The translations under genes were made by a program, and so were the position numbers. Positions 19,282-29,150 of a DNA stretch of 64,000 nt are shown piece after piece. Each line of letters begins with the position of its first letter. The first letter of the stretch is position 1. The notes under the pieces are model-generated. The model did not search any database. It had not been told where the DNA came from and saw nothing but the letters and a program-made list of their open reading frames with translations. This DNA is from a virus (lineage: Duplodnaviria; Caudoviricetes): positions 27,292 through 91,291 of IMG/VR virus record IMGVR_UViG_2690315872_000001; one strand, given 5' to 3'.

Positions 19282-20244
19282 TCAGCAGCGGCGGTAGTAC
19301 CCGCTGACGTACGTGCCGTTGCTGCGGCGGTACCCGTTCACCCAGCACTGCCCACCTGAGGAGGTGGCCGGCGCCGCACCTGGCGTGACGACTGGCGTGG
19401 GAGCCGTGAACGTCGGGGCGGTGGTCACGGTCCTCTGGAAAGTGCCCTGGAAGGTGGGCGTCAGCGTGCGCCCAAGGGTCAGCTCCTGCAGGTAGGCGAC
19501 CGGCCCGACCACCCCGCTCTGGTAACTGCGGATGTCGTAGTACCCCGGCAGCAGTTCCGCGAGGTCGAGCACCGGCTGCCCACCTCCCGTGAACACCAGG
19601 AACACGTACCCGGGGGCGATGGGGAGTTGCAGGCCCGCGCGGTCCGCTCGGGCGGGCGCGGCATAGAGGGCTGGGATGGTTAGCCGGGTGAGGCCGGAGG
19701 CAGGCACGGTAATGGTCACCCGTTGTGTGGTCTTGCCGGTGGCGCTGACGATCATGGGGTACGTACCGGGCTTCAGGCTCTGCGGGTCACGGACGGGCTG
19801 GTTGCCGTCGAGGATGACGAAGTAACTCCCGGTGGGGTTGTCGATCGTGAACGCCGGGAGCAGCGCGGGCGTAGTGGCATTGGGGGTGGCGGCGCTGGCG
19901 GGTGCCGCCGCAGCACTGGGTTGCAGCAGCAGCAGGGCCTGCGCGTCGCCCCTTGGGAGGACGCTGAGAGTGGTCTGACCCTGCTCGATGTCGGTGCTCA
20001 GGCCCCCTTCCGGACCGTCCCGCCAGGGGTTGGGGAGCAGGGCGGGGAAGGAGGTGAAGATCTTCCCCGCGACCGCGACCGTGTCACCCGTGACCCGCAC
20101 GCAGCTGCCCTGGTAGGGGGCAGGGCAGGTCTGCGGGAGCCCGCCGAGGGCCTGGGCGAGCTGCCCGGCGACCGTGGCGGGCGTGGCGACCGCCAGAGAC
20201 GGGAGGGTGAGGGCGGCGAGGGTGAGCCAGGCGCGAAGGGTCAT
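19282..20244 (-). CDS. Secreted protein with C-terminal CWVNGYRRSNGTYVSGYYRRC motif
   Basis: Signal peptide; TACGCT -10 just upstream; Pro/Thr linker before the terminal motif. Confidence 0.7.
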   Translation of the reverse strand: MTLRAWLTLAALTLPSLAVATPATVAGQLAQALGGLPQTCPAPYQGSCVRVTGDTVAVAGKIFTSFPALLPNPWRDGPEGGLSTDIEQGQTTLSVLPRGDAQALLLLQPSAAAAPASAATPNATTPALLPAFTIDNPTGSYFVILDGNQPVRDPQSLKPGTYPMIVSATGKTTQRVTITVPASGLTRLTIPALYAAPARADRAGLQLPIAPGYVFLVFTGGGQPVLDLAELLPGYYDIRSYQSGVVGPVAYLQELTLGRTLTPTFQGTFQRTVTTAPTFTAPTPVVTPGAAPATSSGGQCWVNGYRRSNGTYVSGYYRRC

Positions 20245-20401
20245 ACGGCAGCGTACCGGAGGGGGGAATGGGCCGGGAACACACATGCGTCACTTGTTCT
20301 TCTGGGCTGGCAGCCCGGGCCCTGTCGGGAAGATGATCTTGGCCCCTGGCGCCGCTCAGGTGAGGACAAGCGGGACGGGCGTGATCCCTACACTGACGGG
20401 C

Positions 20402-21127
20402 ATGTCTGAGCGTATGAACCTGAACATGGAGCCTCCGGAGCCTGCTGGAGACCGGGCGTGGCCGGAGTTCGTGCGGCACTCGTACGGGTCGAACGAGGGA
20501 TTGACGGACGATACGCAGAACAGTGAGGCGTACCCGTATGGGTACCTAGGGTGGTTCATCCGTATGGGGCATCACGTGGCGTCGCTGATCGGTGCGCACA
20601 CGGGGCGGACGGATGACGCGGCGGTGCTGGCAGCGGCGCTGCTGGGGGATATGGACGAAGAGCGGGACATGCAGCGGGAGCATCCGGAGGGGCTGGCGCT
20701 GCTGGATGAGGTGCAGGGGCTGCTGCTGGGGAAGTTGCGTCAGTTCAGCCTGCCGGTCGGGCCGCTGCTGTACGACGCGGATGAGGCAGTCTCGGTGCTG
20801 GAAGCGTGGGGACCGCGCATCGAGGGGTTCCACGGGAATGCGTGCGTGGCGCTGGTGAACTACCTGGAAAGTGTGAAAACCCGGTGCCAAGAACTGGGGG
20901 AAGTCAGGGTGCGGCGGGCCACTCCACCCGCAGTACTTCAGGTCAGCGAGGCGGAGGTGCGGGCGGACGTGGCGGAGCAGCTGCGAGACCTGGCGGTGGA
21001 CGTGGAGGAGGGACGACTGCGCGTGCAGGAGGTTCGCACAGGCCGACGGGGGTCACACGTGGAGGTGCTGATCATGGGACGGGTGACTCGCCGCGCGCCG
21101 GACACGGCGTCCAGCGAAGCCAGCTGA
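20402..21127 (+). CDS. Hypothetical protein (leaderless)
   Basis: TACACT -10 box 7 nt before the ATG; 241-aa ORF. Confidence 0.6.
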   Translation: MSERMNLNMEPPEPAGDRAWPEFVRHSYGSNEGLTDDTQNSEAYPYGYLGWFIRMGHHVASLIGAHTGRTDDAAVLAAALLGDMDEERDMQREHPEGLALLDEVQGLLLGKLRQFSLPVGPLLYDADEAVSVLEAWGPRIEGFHGNACVALVNYLESVKTRCQELGEVRVRRATPPAVLQVSEAEVRADVAEQLRDLAVDVEEGRLRVQEVRTGRRGSHVEVLIMGRVTRRAPDTASSEAS

Positions 21128-21253
21128 AGTCCGGTCGAATACGTTGACTATTGATGAGACGGAGTACTGACTCGACGTGAAATTCGCACCTTCGCACCTC
21201 GACGCCTAACCGTCATTCCCGCTTGGCTGGGCGGCCATGTGGGGCGACCCTCC

Positions 21254-21514
21254 TCAGTCCTGCATGCGGGCCAGGAACCACCCATGCGGGTGCGCCCCTT
21301 CCTTCTCGTCTAACCGGTGCACCTCCATCGTCACAGGGCCGCACTGGATGACCCAGCAGTCGCGGCTGGGCTCCCCGAGCCACCAGCGGCCGCCGGCGCG
21401 GTACTGGTCGAGGACCTGCGTGAGGTGGTACGTCCGGCCCGCCCAGCGGATGACCTTCGGGGTGCCGTCCGGGGTGAGGTGCGTGACCTCGCAGGGCTGC
21501 TGGATGGCGCGCAT
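21254..21514 (-). CDS. DUF6504 / ImuB C-terminal-like small protein
   Basis: Pattern GTP..IRW.GRTY....V...YR..GRWW......RD.W.....WFLAR..D. Confidence 0.7.
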   Translation of the reverse strand: MRAIQQPCEVTHLTPDGTPKVIRWAGRTYHLTQVLDQYRAGGRWWLGEPSRDCWVIQCGPVTMEVHRLDEKEGAHPHGWFLARMQD

Positions 21515-21537
21515 GCCTACAGGGTACGGTGGGCGGC

Positions 21538-21810
21538 ATGGACGTCCGAGACCTGACCGCCGTGGAGATCGCTGACCTGCTGGACGCCGCGTGGCGCGAG
21601 GACCAGGGGGAAGCGGTGCGCGGGCCGGATCAGGAGACCCGCACCTACCTCGCGGATCGCCTGGGCTGCGACGAGGACCTGCGGGCCGAGGCGTGGGCGG
21701 CGTGGCGTGATGAGCTGATCGCGGATGGCCGCAGCGTCGACGAGGCGGAGTACTGGCTGGACGTGGAGTTCCTGCAGCCCTGCCCCGAGGATCACCCCAC
21801 TGGGGACTGA
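21538..21810 (+). CDS. Small acidic hypothetical protein
   Basis: TACGGT -10 box 7 nt before the ATG. Confidence 0.6.
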   Translation: MDVRDLTAVEIADLLDAAWREDQGEAVRGPDQETRTYLADRLGCDEDLRAEAWAAWRDELIADGRSVDEAEYWLDVEFLQPCPEDHPTGD

Positions 21811-22003
21811 GCACACAGAAGACTGCGTCAGTGGGATTGACCCTGCTGGCGCAGATTCAATCGTGCGCATTGCGTGACTTCAACCCGCCTTTCGTGCACT
21901 TCATGAGAGTTGGGGCCGTTGAATGAGCAGATTTCAGTGTGTTTCGTCAACTGAAATGCAGCTCGGCAGAACGATGTGCAGTGATGCGCGGGCAGTTGTC
22001 CGG

Positions 22004-23002
22004 TCACTCTACCCACGTGTCCAGCGCTTCCGTGAGTCTCTCGGGCCGCATCTTGGCGTAGATCTCGGTGGTGCCGATGGTGCTGTGGCGCAGATGGCGA
22101 CTCACCACGTAGATGTCACCCGTTTGTTCGAGGAGCATGGTGGCCGCCGCGTGGCGCAAGCCGTGCACCTGGCGCCGCTCGTACGTCACGCCAGCAAGGG
22201 TGCATAGGGCGCGCAGCAGCATCCGGACTGATTTCGGGTTGCGCCACGGGAGCACGTGCCCGGTCCGGGCGTTCTCGGGCACAGCACTGAGGGCGGCGTG
22301 CAGCGGGCCGGACAGGTGCACCCGCGCGGTCTTCCGGCCCTTGCCGGTCACGGTCATCCGCTTCTTGTCGAGATCCACGCGGTCCCAGGTCAGGCCGATC
22401 ATCTCGCTCATGCGCAGTGCGCCGTGAGCCCCGAGCAGCAGCATCAGCTGCTCGTCCGGATCCGCGACGGCCATCAGGGCCGCGATGTCCTCGCGGGTGT
22501 ACGCCTCGCGACGCGCCCAGGGGTCCGTGGGGTCCGCGACGCGCGGGGTGTCCGCGAACGGGTCCGCCTGGAGCACGCCCGCCCAGCGCAGGGCGCGGTA
22601 CAGCGCGCGGGCGGCGGACCGGCGGGCATTGATCGTGCCGGGGGTCAGGCCAGTCCGTTCCAGGGCGCGGAGGTACCCGACGGTGAGGTCCGTGTCGTGC
22701 TCTGTCATGCGCTGCCAGCCCAGTGGGAAGGCGTACTGCAGGAAGCGCCAGACGCCCGTGCGGTAGGCGCGTAGGGTGTGCTCGCTCGTGTGGCTGCCGC
22801 CCCGGCCGTACAGACGCAGGTTGTACTCGGTGACGGACCACAGGGTATCCACGTCCCGGGTGCGCAGCGCCTCGCGGACGGTGGCTTTACGCTCGGGTCT
22901 GGTCAGGGTGTCCCACTGCACGTCGACCGGGAGCCACTGATGCGTGCCGGTCGCGCTGATCTCCGGCAGTGAGGGTTTCTTGTTCTTCTTGGTCTTCTTC
23001 AT
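22004..23002 (-). CDS. Tyrosine recombinase/integrase 1
   Basis: Catalytic residues visible in ALRMSE, GKGRK, HGLRH and LRHSTIGTTEIY. Confidence 0.92.
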   Translation of the reverse strand: MKKTKKNKKPSLPEISATGTHQWLPVDVQWDTLTRPERKATVREALRTRDVDTLWSVTEYNLRLYGRGGSHTSEHTLRAYRTGVWRFLQYAFPLGWQRMTEHDTDLTVGYLRALERTGLTPGTINARRSAARALYRALRWAGVLQADPFADTPRVADPTDPWARREAYTREDIAALMAVADPDEQLMLLLGAHGALRMSEMIGLTWDRVDLDKKRMTVTGKGRKTARVHLSGPLHAALSAVPENARTGHVLPWRNPKSVRMLLRALCTLAGVTYERRQVHGLRHAAATMLLEQTGDIYVVSRHLRHSTIGTTEIYAKMRPERLTEALDTWVE

Positions 23003-23106
23003 CGCGGATCGCCTCCGCTCTCCTGGGTCGCCCTGCCCCCTGGGGCGGGCGGCCCTCACGGTTTTTCAACGGACGGCTGTGTCTCTCAGGGCCTACCCTG
23101 AGGCCC

Positions 23107-23883
23107 ATGCCCGACTGGACAGACACTGAGCGCGCGGTTATGGGGGCCATCCTGGAAGTTGGTGCGCTGACCTCCCGTCGGGTGCAGGCGACATACGGTC
23201 CCCGGCCCAACTGGCACCGCCTCATCACGGAGCGCCAGCTCAGAGAGGTCAGGACCATCTACGGGCCTGTGCTGACGCCCACCGAGGCGGTCCACGAAAA
23301 GGTTGAGTCCACGGGGCGTCTACGTGGACCCGGCAGCCTCGCGGACCGGGCGTACATGCTCGATGCGATCGACCTGGTAGCGCAGCATGGGTACCGGTTC
23401 GTGTCGCACGACTACAAGGGTGGCCAGGTGCCCGGCACCACGACCGCGCACATCACGCGCACCCGCATTGAAGTCTCGCGGGAGGAGATGGAGCGCCTCG
23501 TCGACTGGGCCAGCGACCGGCCAGGGCCACTGCCGAAAGCCCTGGGGCGGACGTGGCTGTACGCCCGCTGCTCAGGCGGCGGCATGCAGGCCTCAGATCT
23601 GCGGCGCATCCTCAAGGCGACGGAAGAACAGAACAGGCCGAAGGAATACAGCACCGATCACGTGCAGGTCCTCCACGCGCCCCTGCTGTTCGTGGTCCCT
23701 GCAGAGGACGATGCACTTCGCGCGTACGCGCGGCGTTACCTGGCCGAGCACCGGCGGACGTACGACCGGGGATGGAATTACAACCAGCGACTGCATTACG
23801 TCCCACCGTTCGAGATTTTTGAGCAGCCGCTGCCGAACCAGGTGTACCGCCCATCATCTGTCGAACGTGGCCGTCCGCTCTGA
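23107..23883 (+). CDS. Hypothetical protein, possibly Replic_Relax-like
   Basis: TACCCT -10 before the ATG; N-terminal wHTH-like segment; converges on and overlaps the next gene. Confidence 0.5.
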   Translation: MPDWTDTERAVMGAILEVGALTSRRVQATYGPRPNWHRLITERQLREVRTIYGPVLTPTEAVHEKVESTGRLRGPGSLADRAYMLDAIDLVAQHGYRFVSHDYKGGQVPGTTTAHITRTRIEVSREEMERLVDWASDRPGPLPKALGRTWLYARCSGGGMQASDLRRILKATEEQNRPKEYSTDHVQVLHAPLLFVVPAEDDALRAYARRYLAEHRRTYDRGWNYNQRLHYVPPFEIFEQPLPNQVYRPSSVERGRPL

Positions 23884-24513
23884 AATCTTGTTGAGCCGTG
23901 GCCGCGGGGCGTACGGGTCGCCCGGCCGGTGCACGTCGACGTACATCGTCCGCACCTGCTTGAGGCCTGTGAGCTTGCCCTGGGCGTGGAGTGCGTAGAC
24001 CCGCGAGTCTAGTTTTTCGACGCGGCCGTGCACGCTGGTCAGCCAGATCAGACGCTGGTACCCAGCGGCGGCAAACCCGATGAGTTTGGCGTCGACCCGT
24101 TCCGGGTTGTAGCCGGTATCGACCTCCACGGCGACGTCCTGAGCCCGACCATGAGGCGAGCGCAGCTCCGCGTCTGGCCACATGCCCTGGCGCCCCCTCA
24201 GAGTCAGATACGTGAACTGTAGGGCCTGGGCGTTTATGTCATCTGCCAGTCGCAGGGCACCCTCAGCCAGGAGCGCCTGATGCAGGAGGTCGCGTGGCGC
24301 TGACCGCAGGCTCTGCTCCTGCCGGCTGACGAACGTCAGCGTCGTCATGCTGCTGGCCTGATGTGACTGCGTGCGGACGTCAAGGTCGATGCGTGGATAA
24401 TCCATCCAGCCAGCCGCCTGCGCGAGCCCCAGGCGGGCCAGGGAGACCGAGGTCATGACCGGGTGCTCCGTCAACAGGCGGCGCAGCTTGGCTTTGCGGA
24501 CAGCTGGGTGCAT
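23854..24513 (-). CDS. PD-(D/E)xK-fold replication-relaxation-like protein
   Basis: H..LLAE, WPDAEL and VAVEVDTGY motifs typical of the Replic_Relax family. Confidence 0.65.
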   Translation of the reverse strand: MHPAVRKAKLRRLLTEHPVMTSVSLARLGLAQAAGWMDYPRIDLDVRTQSHQASSMTTLTFVSRQEQSLRSAPRDLLHQALLAEGALRLADDINAQALQFTYLTLRGRQGMWPDAELRSPHGRAQDVAVEVDTGYNPERVDAKLIGFAAAGYQRLIWLTSVHGRVEKLDSRVYALHAQGKLTGLKQVRTMYVDVHRPGDPYAPRPRLNKISERTATFDR

Positions 24514-24674
24514 GGGGCATGATCACCTGAGTTCATGCCGAAGTGCCGTGAAAAAGGGCACGCAGGCTGATGCAGACGTAAAATAACGGTAGGCGGAAGT
24601 GGTGCGCTTTCCCTAGGAATGATGAGTTTTTTGCAGAATCGGAGTGACACAAAAAACTCATCGAATCACAACAA

Positions 24675-24698
24675 TGGACACTCAAATTTGAGTGTCCA
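24675..24698. repeat. Perfect 24-bp palindrome in an AT-rich intergenic region
   Basis: TGGACACTCAAATTTGAGTGTCCA. Confidence 0.85.
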
Positions 24699-24781
24699 AT
24701 CGTTATTTGCCCCCCATGTTGTCCATAATTGAATGAGGAAAATCGCATATCTCAGGTATGACGGTCAGGCTAGAGTAAACC

Positions 24782-25234
24782 ATGTTGAAATCCGAGCTGG
24801 CACGAGAAATCGGCATAGATCCCAGCGTCATGACGAAACGGCACCGCGAATACTGCCGCCTCGCGGACATTGATGAAAACGAGAGGTACCTCGACGCCAA
24901 CACCGTTGCCGATCTGCGTGCAGCCTCTGAAATGGTGAGTAACGGGACAGCGCGTAACTGGCCGGAGGCCGTGCGCCGCCGCCTGGGCCAGCACGTCGAC
25001 CCAGTGCCGCCCAGCAGCGTGGCAGAGATCATCCAGCGACTCAGTGCACTGGAAACCAACGTGCAGCTGATCGCCAATCAACTGGAGCGCATCGAGAGCA
25101 GCCTGCGTGACCGTCCTCAGCCAACCATGATGTCGCGCCCCGTGGGACCAACCCCAGCTCCCATGCCCGTCCGTCCACCCGCGCCAGCACCGCACGTCCA
25201 GCAGCCAACTACAGAATGGTCTGGTGAAGACTGA
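24782..25234 (+). CDS. HTH plus coiled-coil protein
   Basis: KSELAREIGIDPSVMTK HTH; heptad repeat; TAGAGT -10 box 6 nt before the ATG. Confidence 0.7.
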   Translation: MLKSELAREIGIDPSVMTKRHREYCRLADIDENERYLDANTVADLRAASEMVSNGTARNWPEAVRRRLGQHVDPVPPSSVAEIIQRLSALETNVQLIANQLERIESSLRDRPQPTMMSRPVGPTPAPMPVRPPAPAPHVQQPTTEWSGED

Positions 25235-25339
25235 TCAGCTGGGTGTGTCATTAGCGATGCAGTGATCTACTCAGATCACGGTGAGTGCCTGGTTATGTGC
25301 AGATAGACCACCTGTCTTAATTCCAGTCGACTCATCGCA

Positions 25340-25380
25340 GCAGAAACGACCGTGTCTACTGGAGACACGGTCGTTTCTGC
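25340..25380. terminator. 18-bp-stem hairpin between convergent genes
   Basis: GCAGAAACGACCGTGTCT-actgg-AGACACGGTCGTTTCTGC. Confidence 0.7.
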
Positions 25381-25394
25381 GCACTGACGTCAGT
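25381..25394. repeat. parS-candidate palindrome, copy 1 (overlaps the parB stop codon)
   Basis: GCACTGACGTCAGT; same core at 36021, 38067 and 61572. Confidence 0.6.
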
Positions 25395-26286
25395 CCGGCA
25401 GGTTCATGGCCTTGCGGACGCTGTCCGGCATGCGGTTCAGCCAGCCCTGCAGGTCCTTCTGAGCCTTGTCGTCGAGTGTGCCCAGCCACTTCACGCTGCC
25501 GATGCGTTTGCCGACCTCGGTCACGCGGGTGGGGTCCACCTTCAGCGGCGTCGGGCGGGCTTCCAGGGCGGCGCGGCGGGCCTTGACCTCCCGGTACCCG
25601 GCGCCGCCCAGCGCCAGGGCCAGCAGCTCCGCCTGGTGCGCGTCAGGCGCGGCGGCGATCACGGCCGCGATGCTGTAGTGCAGCCCCGCCTGCATGGCCT
25701 GCACGATCGCCTCCGGGTACCGCAGCACGCGGAGCTTGTTCGTGGTGAACGACTGCCAGCTGCCCAGGCTCGCGGCGGCGAACAGCTGCTCGAGTACGTC
25801 GCGGTCCTCGGTGTTCGTGCCGCGCGCGGCGGCGTACATGCGGGCCCGGGCGGTGTCCTCGTCCACGCCGAGCGTCAGCGCGACGAGGCGCAGGGTGGCG
25901 GCCGCTTCCTCGTACTGGTTGAGGTCCTCGCGGTGCAGGTTCTCCAGCAGCGCGGCGCGGGTGGCCTGCTCGTCGGTGAGGTCGCGCACGTACACGGGCA
26001 CTTCGGTGAGTCCGGCCTGCTGCGCGGCGCGCCAGCGGCGTTCCCCGGCGATGATCTCGTGCCCGTCCGGCGCGGGGCGCACGAGCAGCGGCTGGAGCAC
26101 GCCCTGCTTCCGGATGCTGTCCGCCAGGTCCGCCAGCGCCTGCGGGTCGAAGTGCCGCCGGGGCTGGAAGGCAGCCGGGCGCAGATCCGCGACGGGCAGG
26201 GTGATGCTTGGCATGTCTGCCAGGGAGGACGCGCCGTTCAGCAGGTCCTCGATGCCGGGGCGTGGCGTGGGGCGCCGGCGGGTCAT
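25390..26286 (-). CDS. parB: ParB/Spo0J partition protein
   Basis: [34 protein letters not shown] and ENLHREDLN motifs. Confidence 0.95.
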   Translation of the reverse strand: MTRRRPTPRPGIEDLLNGASSLADMPSITLPVADLRPAAFQPRRHFDPQALADLADSIRKQGVLQPLLVRPAPDGHEIIAGERRWRAAQQAGLTEVPVYVRDLTDEQATRAALLENLHREDLNQYEEAAATLRLVALTLGVDEDTARARMYAAARGTNTEDRDVLEQLFAAASLGSWQSFTTNKLRVLRYPEAIVQAMQAGLHYSIAAVIAAAPDAHQAELLALALGGAGYREVKARRAALEARPTPLKVDPTRVTEVGKRIGSVKWLGTLDDKAQKDLQGWLNRMPDSVRKAMNLPD

Positions 26287-27050
26287 GCCGTCACCGCCAC
26301 GTCGAGGTTCAGGGCGCGCGCGACGTCCGACGTGAGGCGCAGCACGTCCTGATGCACGGGGCTGCCCGGGGCGTACACGCCCACGGGGCTGCCGTCCGTC
26401 GTGGAGTCCAGCCACACGGCCGCGCGCTCCGGCACCGGCTCCCCCAGGGGCGTCAGGCCGTCACGGAGCATGGCCAGCACCTCACGGTCATGACTACGCC
26501 GGTCGTTGTACATCGTCGGGACGTACAGCGCCACGCGCAGCTCCGGCTGGAGTCGCCGGTAGAGCCGCGTGGCCTTCTGCAGGCCGGGCAGCGCGTCAAG
26601 GCCCTTCTGCCGGGTGGGGATGGGCACGATCAACCGGTCGGCGGCCGCGGCGCCCAGGATGGCCAGCTGCCCGACGCTGGGCGGGCTGTCGACGAGCACC
26701 ACGTCATACCGGTCCCGCACGTGCTCCAGCGCCTGCCGCAGGAACAACTGCGAGCCGGGCGCGCCCAGCATGCCCGTCTCCGCGAGCGCCAGGTCCACCT
26801 GACTGGGGATCAGGTGCATGCCGTGCACCTCGATCGGCTCGGGCAGCGCCTCACCCTCGGTCGCCACCTCGTACACCGTGGCGGCCAGCGTGACGCCCCG
26901 GACGCCCAGCCAGGACGTCAGGTTCGCCTGCGGGTCAAGGTCGATCAGGAGGACGCGCAGGCCCGCGCGGGACAGCTCGTACCCGACGTCACGGGTGATG
27001 CTGGTCTTCCCCGCTCCCCCGGCATGGTTGAACACCGTTGCTGTGATCAC
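26283..27050 (-). CDS. parA: ParA partition ATPase
   Basis: NHAGGAGKT Walker [12 protein letters not shown] and VDSPPS motifs; TATGCT -10, leaderless GTG start. Confidence 0.95.
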   Translation of the reverse strand: MITATVFNHAGGAGKTSITRDVGYELSRAGLRVLLIDLDPQANLTSWLGVRGVTLAATVYEVATEGEALPEPIEVHGMHLIPSQVDLALAETGMLGAPGSQLFLRQALEHVRDRYDVVLVDSPPSVGQLAILGAAAADRLIVPIPTRQKGLDALPGLQKATRLYRRLQPELRVALYVPTMYNDRRSHDREVLAMLRDGLTPLGEPVPERAAVWLDSTTDGSPVGVYAPGSPVHQDVLRLTSDVARALNLDVAVTA

Positions 27051-27151
27051 GAGGCGAGCATACCCCGACCACGCGCAACGAGCCAGAAATCACCCCCCGG
27101 CAGGCAACCGGGGGGATCTAGCGAGGTGCCCCTCGCGACAGGTTCAGTGTA

Positions 27152-27526
27152 TCACTCGTGCGTAGCGGTGGCGCGGCTGGTGGCATTCCGTCTGGCGAGG
27201 CGTTCCAGGATGTCGGGGTGGTCGTCGAGGACCTCGTCGGTTTCCCGGTCGCCGGTGTAGTGGGTGCCAGCGGCGGTGCGGCGCAGGGTGTGCGCCTCCG
27301 GGGTCACGGTGAACAGTTTAGCTGCCTGAACGGGACGTCCGAGCAGGGCGCTCAGCACGTTGACGATCTTGGAGAGGGATTCGAGGTCGATGCGTTTGAC
27401 GCCGCTTTGGCGGGTCATGGCGTAGATGGTGTTGCGGTTGAGTTGCCCTTCCAGTTCGCGTTCCAGGCGGTACGCGCTGATGTCGTGGGCCTGCATCAGC
27501 CGGTGCAGATCGAAAGTGACGGTCAT
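27152..27526 (-). CDS. Cro/C1-type HTH regulator
   Basis: Pattern [10 protein letters not shown].....LNRNTIYAM.....[10 protein letters not shown]. Confidence 0.8.
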   Translation of the reverse strand: MTVTFDLHRLMQAHDISAYRLERELEGQLNRNTIYAMTRQSGVKRIDLESLSKIVNVLSALLGRPVQAAKLFTVTPEAHTLRRTAAGTHYTGDRETDEVLDDHPDILERLARRNATSRATATHE

Positions 27527-27649
27527 ATACCGAAATGGTAGGACACTCCATCATAGATTGGAGTAAGGCGGGGTACATTGACCAAAAAAGCGTCAGCCCC
27601 GACCGCGAAGGTCGGGGGATCAGTGAGTAACCCCAGATGGATGGATAGT

Positions 27650-27913
27650 CTACCGCGCGGTGGCGCGACCGCGACTTCTGCTGTCACGTTGTTGCTTATG
27701 CGGAGAGGCATTGTGGGTGGGCGTCGCCTGAGTATGGGGCCATTCCCGAGCCGTCACGGTTACATGCTCGGGGGGCATTTCGTCACTCCCATAATACATC
27801 CGACACGCACGCTTGATTGCATCCTTTTCAGTTTGAGCTTCAACCAAAACATGCTCGACCCCAAATCTTTGCACCAGGCTTACTCTGAATGATTTGAATC
27901 CATGGACCTTCAC
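27650..27913 (-). CDS. Small hypothetical protein, lower GC
   Basis: GTG overlaps the upstream stop; last gene of the leftward operon. Confidence 0.45.
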   Translation of the reverse strand: MKVHGFKSFRVSLVQRFGVEHVLVEAQTEKDAIKRACRMYYGSDEMPPEHVTVTAREWPHTQATPTHNASPHKQQRDSRSRGRATAR

Positions 27914-28308
27914 GTCCCCTCCCCGCCCAGCGCGCCCAGCAGCGCCAGGGCCAGAGCGTGCGCGGGGGTGTCGGACAGGCCCTGAAACGGCTGGGCAAAC
28001 ACGCGCCGCTCAACCTCGGCACCGAACCCGTGACCCGGAAGTCCCGCCCAGGTGCGCCACATCCACCCGCGCGCCTGGCATTCCTGCCGCAGCGCCGTCT
28101 CCAGGTACACGAGGCTCTCCGGGAACGAGTGATCACCCAGCTCGCCGATGCTGTAGACGCCGTGCCAGCCCAGCTGGTCACCGTCGCCCTGCACGAACGC
28201 TTCCAGCATGATCAGGCCCCACTGCTCGGTCAGGTCGGCCTCCCTGATCCGCTCGGGCAGGTGCCGGTGCAGGGCGCGCAGGGTCTCGGGGAGGGAGGGG
28301 GCGGTCAC
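27910..28308 (-). CDS. Hypothetical phage protein
   Basis: GGAGG RBS and overlapping start/stop coupling. Confidence 0.6.
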   Translation of the reverse strand: MTAPSLPETLRALHRHLPERIREADLTEQWGLIMLEAFVQGDGDQLGWHGVYSIGELGDHSFPESLVYLETALRQECQARGWMWRTWAGLPGHGFGAEVERRVFAQPFQGLSDTPAHALALALLGALGGEGT

Positions 28309-28835
28309 GTGCGCCTCCCTCCGTGCCGGTACGCCCGCTGACGGTTGGCCGCCAGGATCTCGTGGACGACCTCCACGGGCGCCCGCTTCGGGGAGTAGCG
28401 GCGCATGGCGTCCCAGGCGTGGGAGACGAGGACATGCAGCCGGTTCAGGACGGCCGGGCGCCACTCCTCGCTCTTCCGGTAGTGCTCCAGGGCCTGACTG
28501 GTCAGGGTGTGCAGGTGCATCAGTGTTTCCGTCCAGCCCTCAGCGCGCAGGTCACGGTCCCCGATCCAGCAGTACTCGGCGTCGCACCCGGCCCAGTAGC
28601 CCGGCTGGATGAGCTGCCCGAGGTCGAGGGCACGCACGATCACGTCGCCCAGTTCGCGCACGGCCTCCCGGGGCGTCTTGGCGGTCCACGCTTCGGTCAC
28701 CTCACTGTGGATGAGGGCGAGGTAGCCGGGCAGCTCGTCGCGGTTGGCGTCCGGGTTGAAATCGAGGCCCCAGCCGTTGGCGGCGTTGATGGTGCGGGCC
28801 TCGGTGGCGAGGTCGTTCAGTAGCGGGTCAATCAT
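28305..28835 (-). CDS. MazG-like NTP pyrophosphohydrolase, copy 1
   Basis: LALIHSEVTEA, ELGDVIVRALDL and N.QRAYRHGG motifs. Confidence 0.75.
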   Translation of the reverse strand: MIDPLLNDLATEARTINAANGWGLDFNPDANRDELPGYLALIHSEVTEAWTAKTPREAVRELGDVIVRALDLGQLIQPGYWAGCDAEYCWIGDRDLRAEGWTETLMHLHTLTSQALEHYRKSEEWRPAVLNRLHVLVSHAWDAMRRYSPKRAPVEVVHEILAANRQRAYRHGGRRT

Positions 28836-28925
28836 GGTGTACCTCGGTGGTGTGCGCCAGCGCCCGCAGGTGCCGACGCTGCGCGGGGCGGGAGAGGGAG
28901 AGGAACTCGGCGGGGGAGAGGGAGG

Positions 28926-29150
28926 TCACCTGGAAGCCTCAACGGGGATGAGGTTCCGAGGGAGCACGGCCACTTCATGAGCGCGTCCCTTGCGATCAAC
29001 GATCCGAATCAGCAGGCGTCCCTCAGCGGATGTCCGGCGTAACACGGTGCCCTCCTCAGGGCGAAGGAAGCTGTTGAAGTCGCACCGAAGCCGCACGCGC
29101 TGGCCTTTCTTGAACCCGTACAGGTCCTCTGGAGCGTCCAAGCTGCTCAC
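28926..29150 (-). CDS. Small SH3/KOW-like protein
   Basis: Pattern FKKGQRVRL...GTVL...LLIRI; coupled GTG start. Confidence 0.55.
   Translation of the reverse strand: MSSLDAPEDLYGFKKGQRVRLRCDFNSFLRPEEGTVLRRTSAEGRLLIRIVDRKGRAHEVAVLPRNLIPVEASR

Noticed and set aside
21931-21957. Inverted repeat ATTTCAGT-N11-ACTGAAAT downstream of recombinase 1 as an att/res site
   Set aside because: Arms are short and the spacer is longer than the 6-8 bp typical of tyrosine-recombinase cores; could be a terminator or chance.
24675-24698. Protelomerase (telRL) site of a linear phage-plasmid
   Set aside because: The palindrome is shorter than known tel sites and no protelomerase-like ORF is recognisable; both recombinases look like ordinary integrase-family enzymes.
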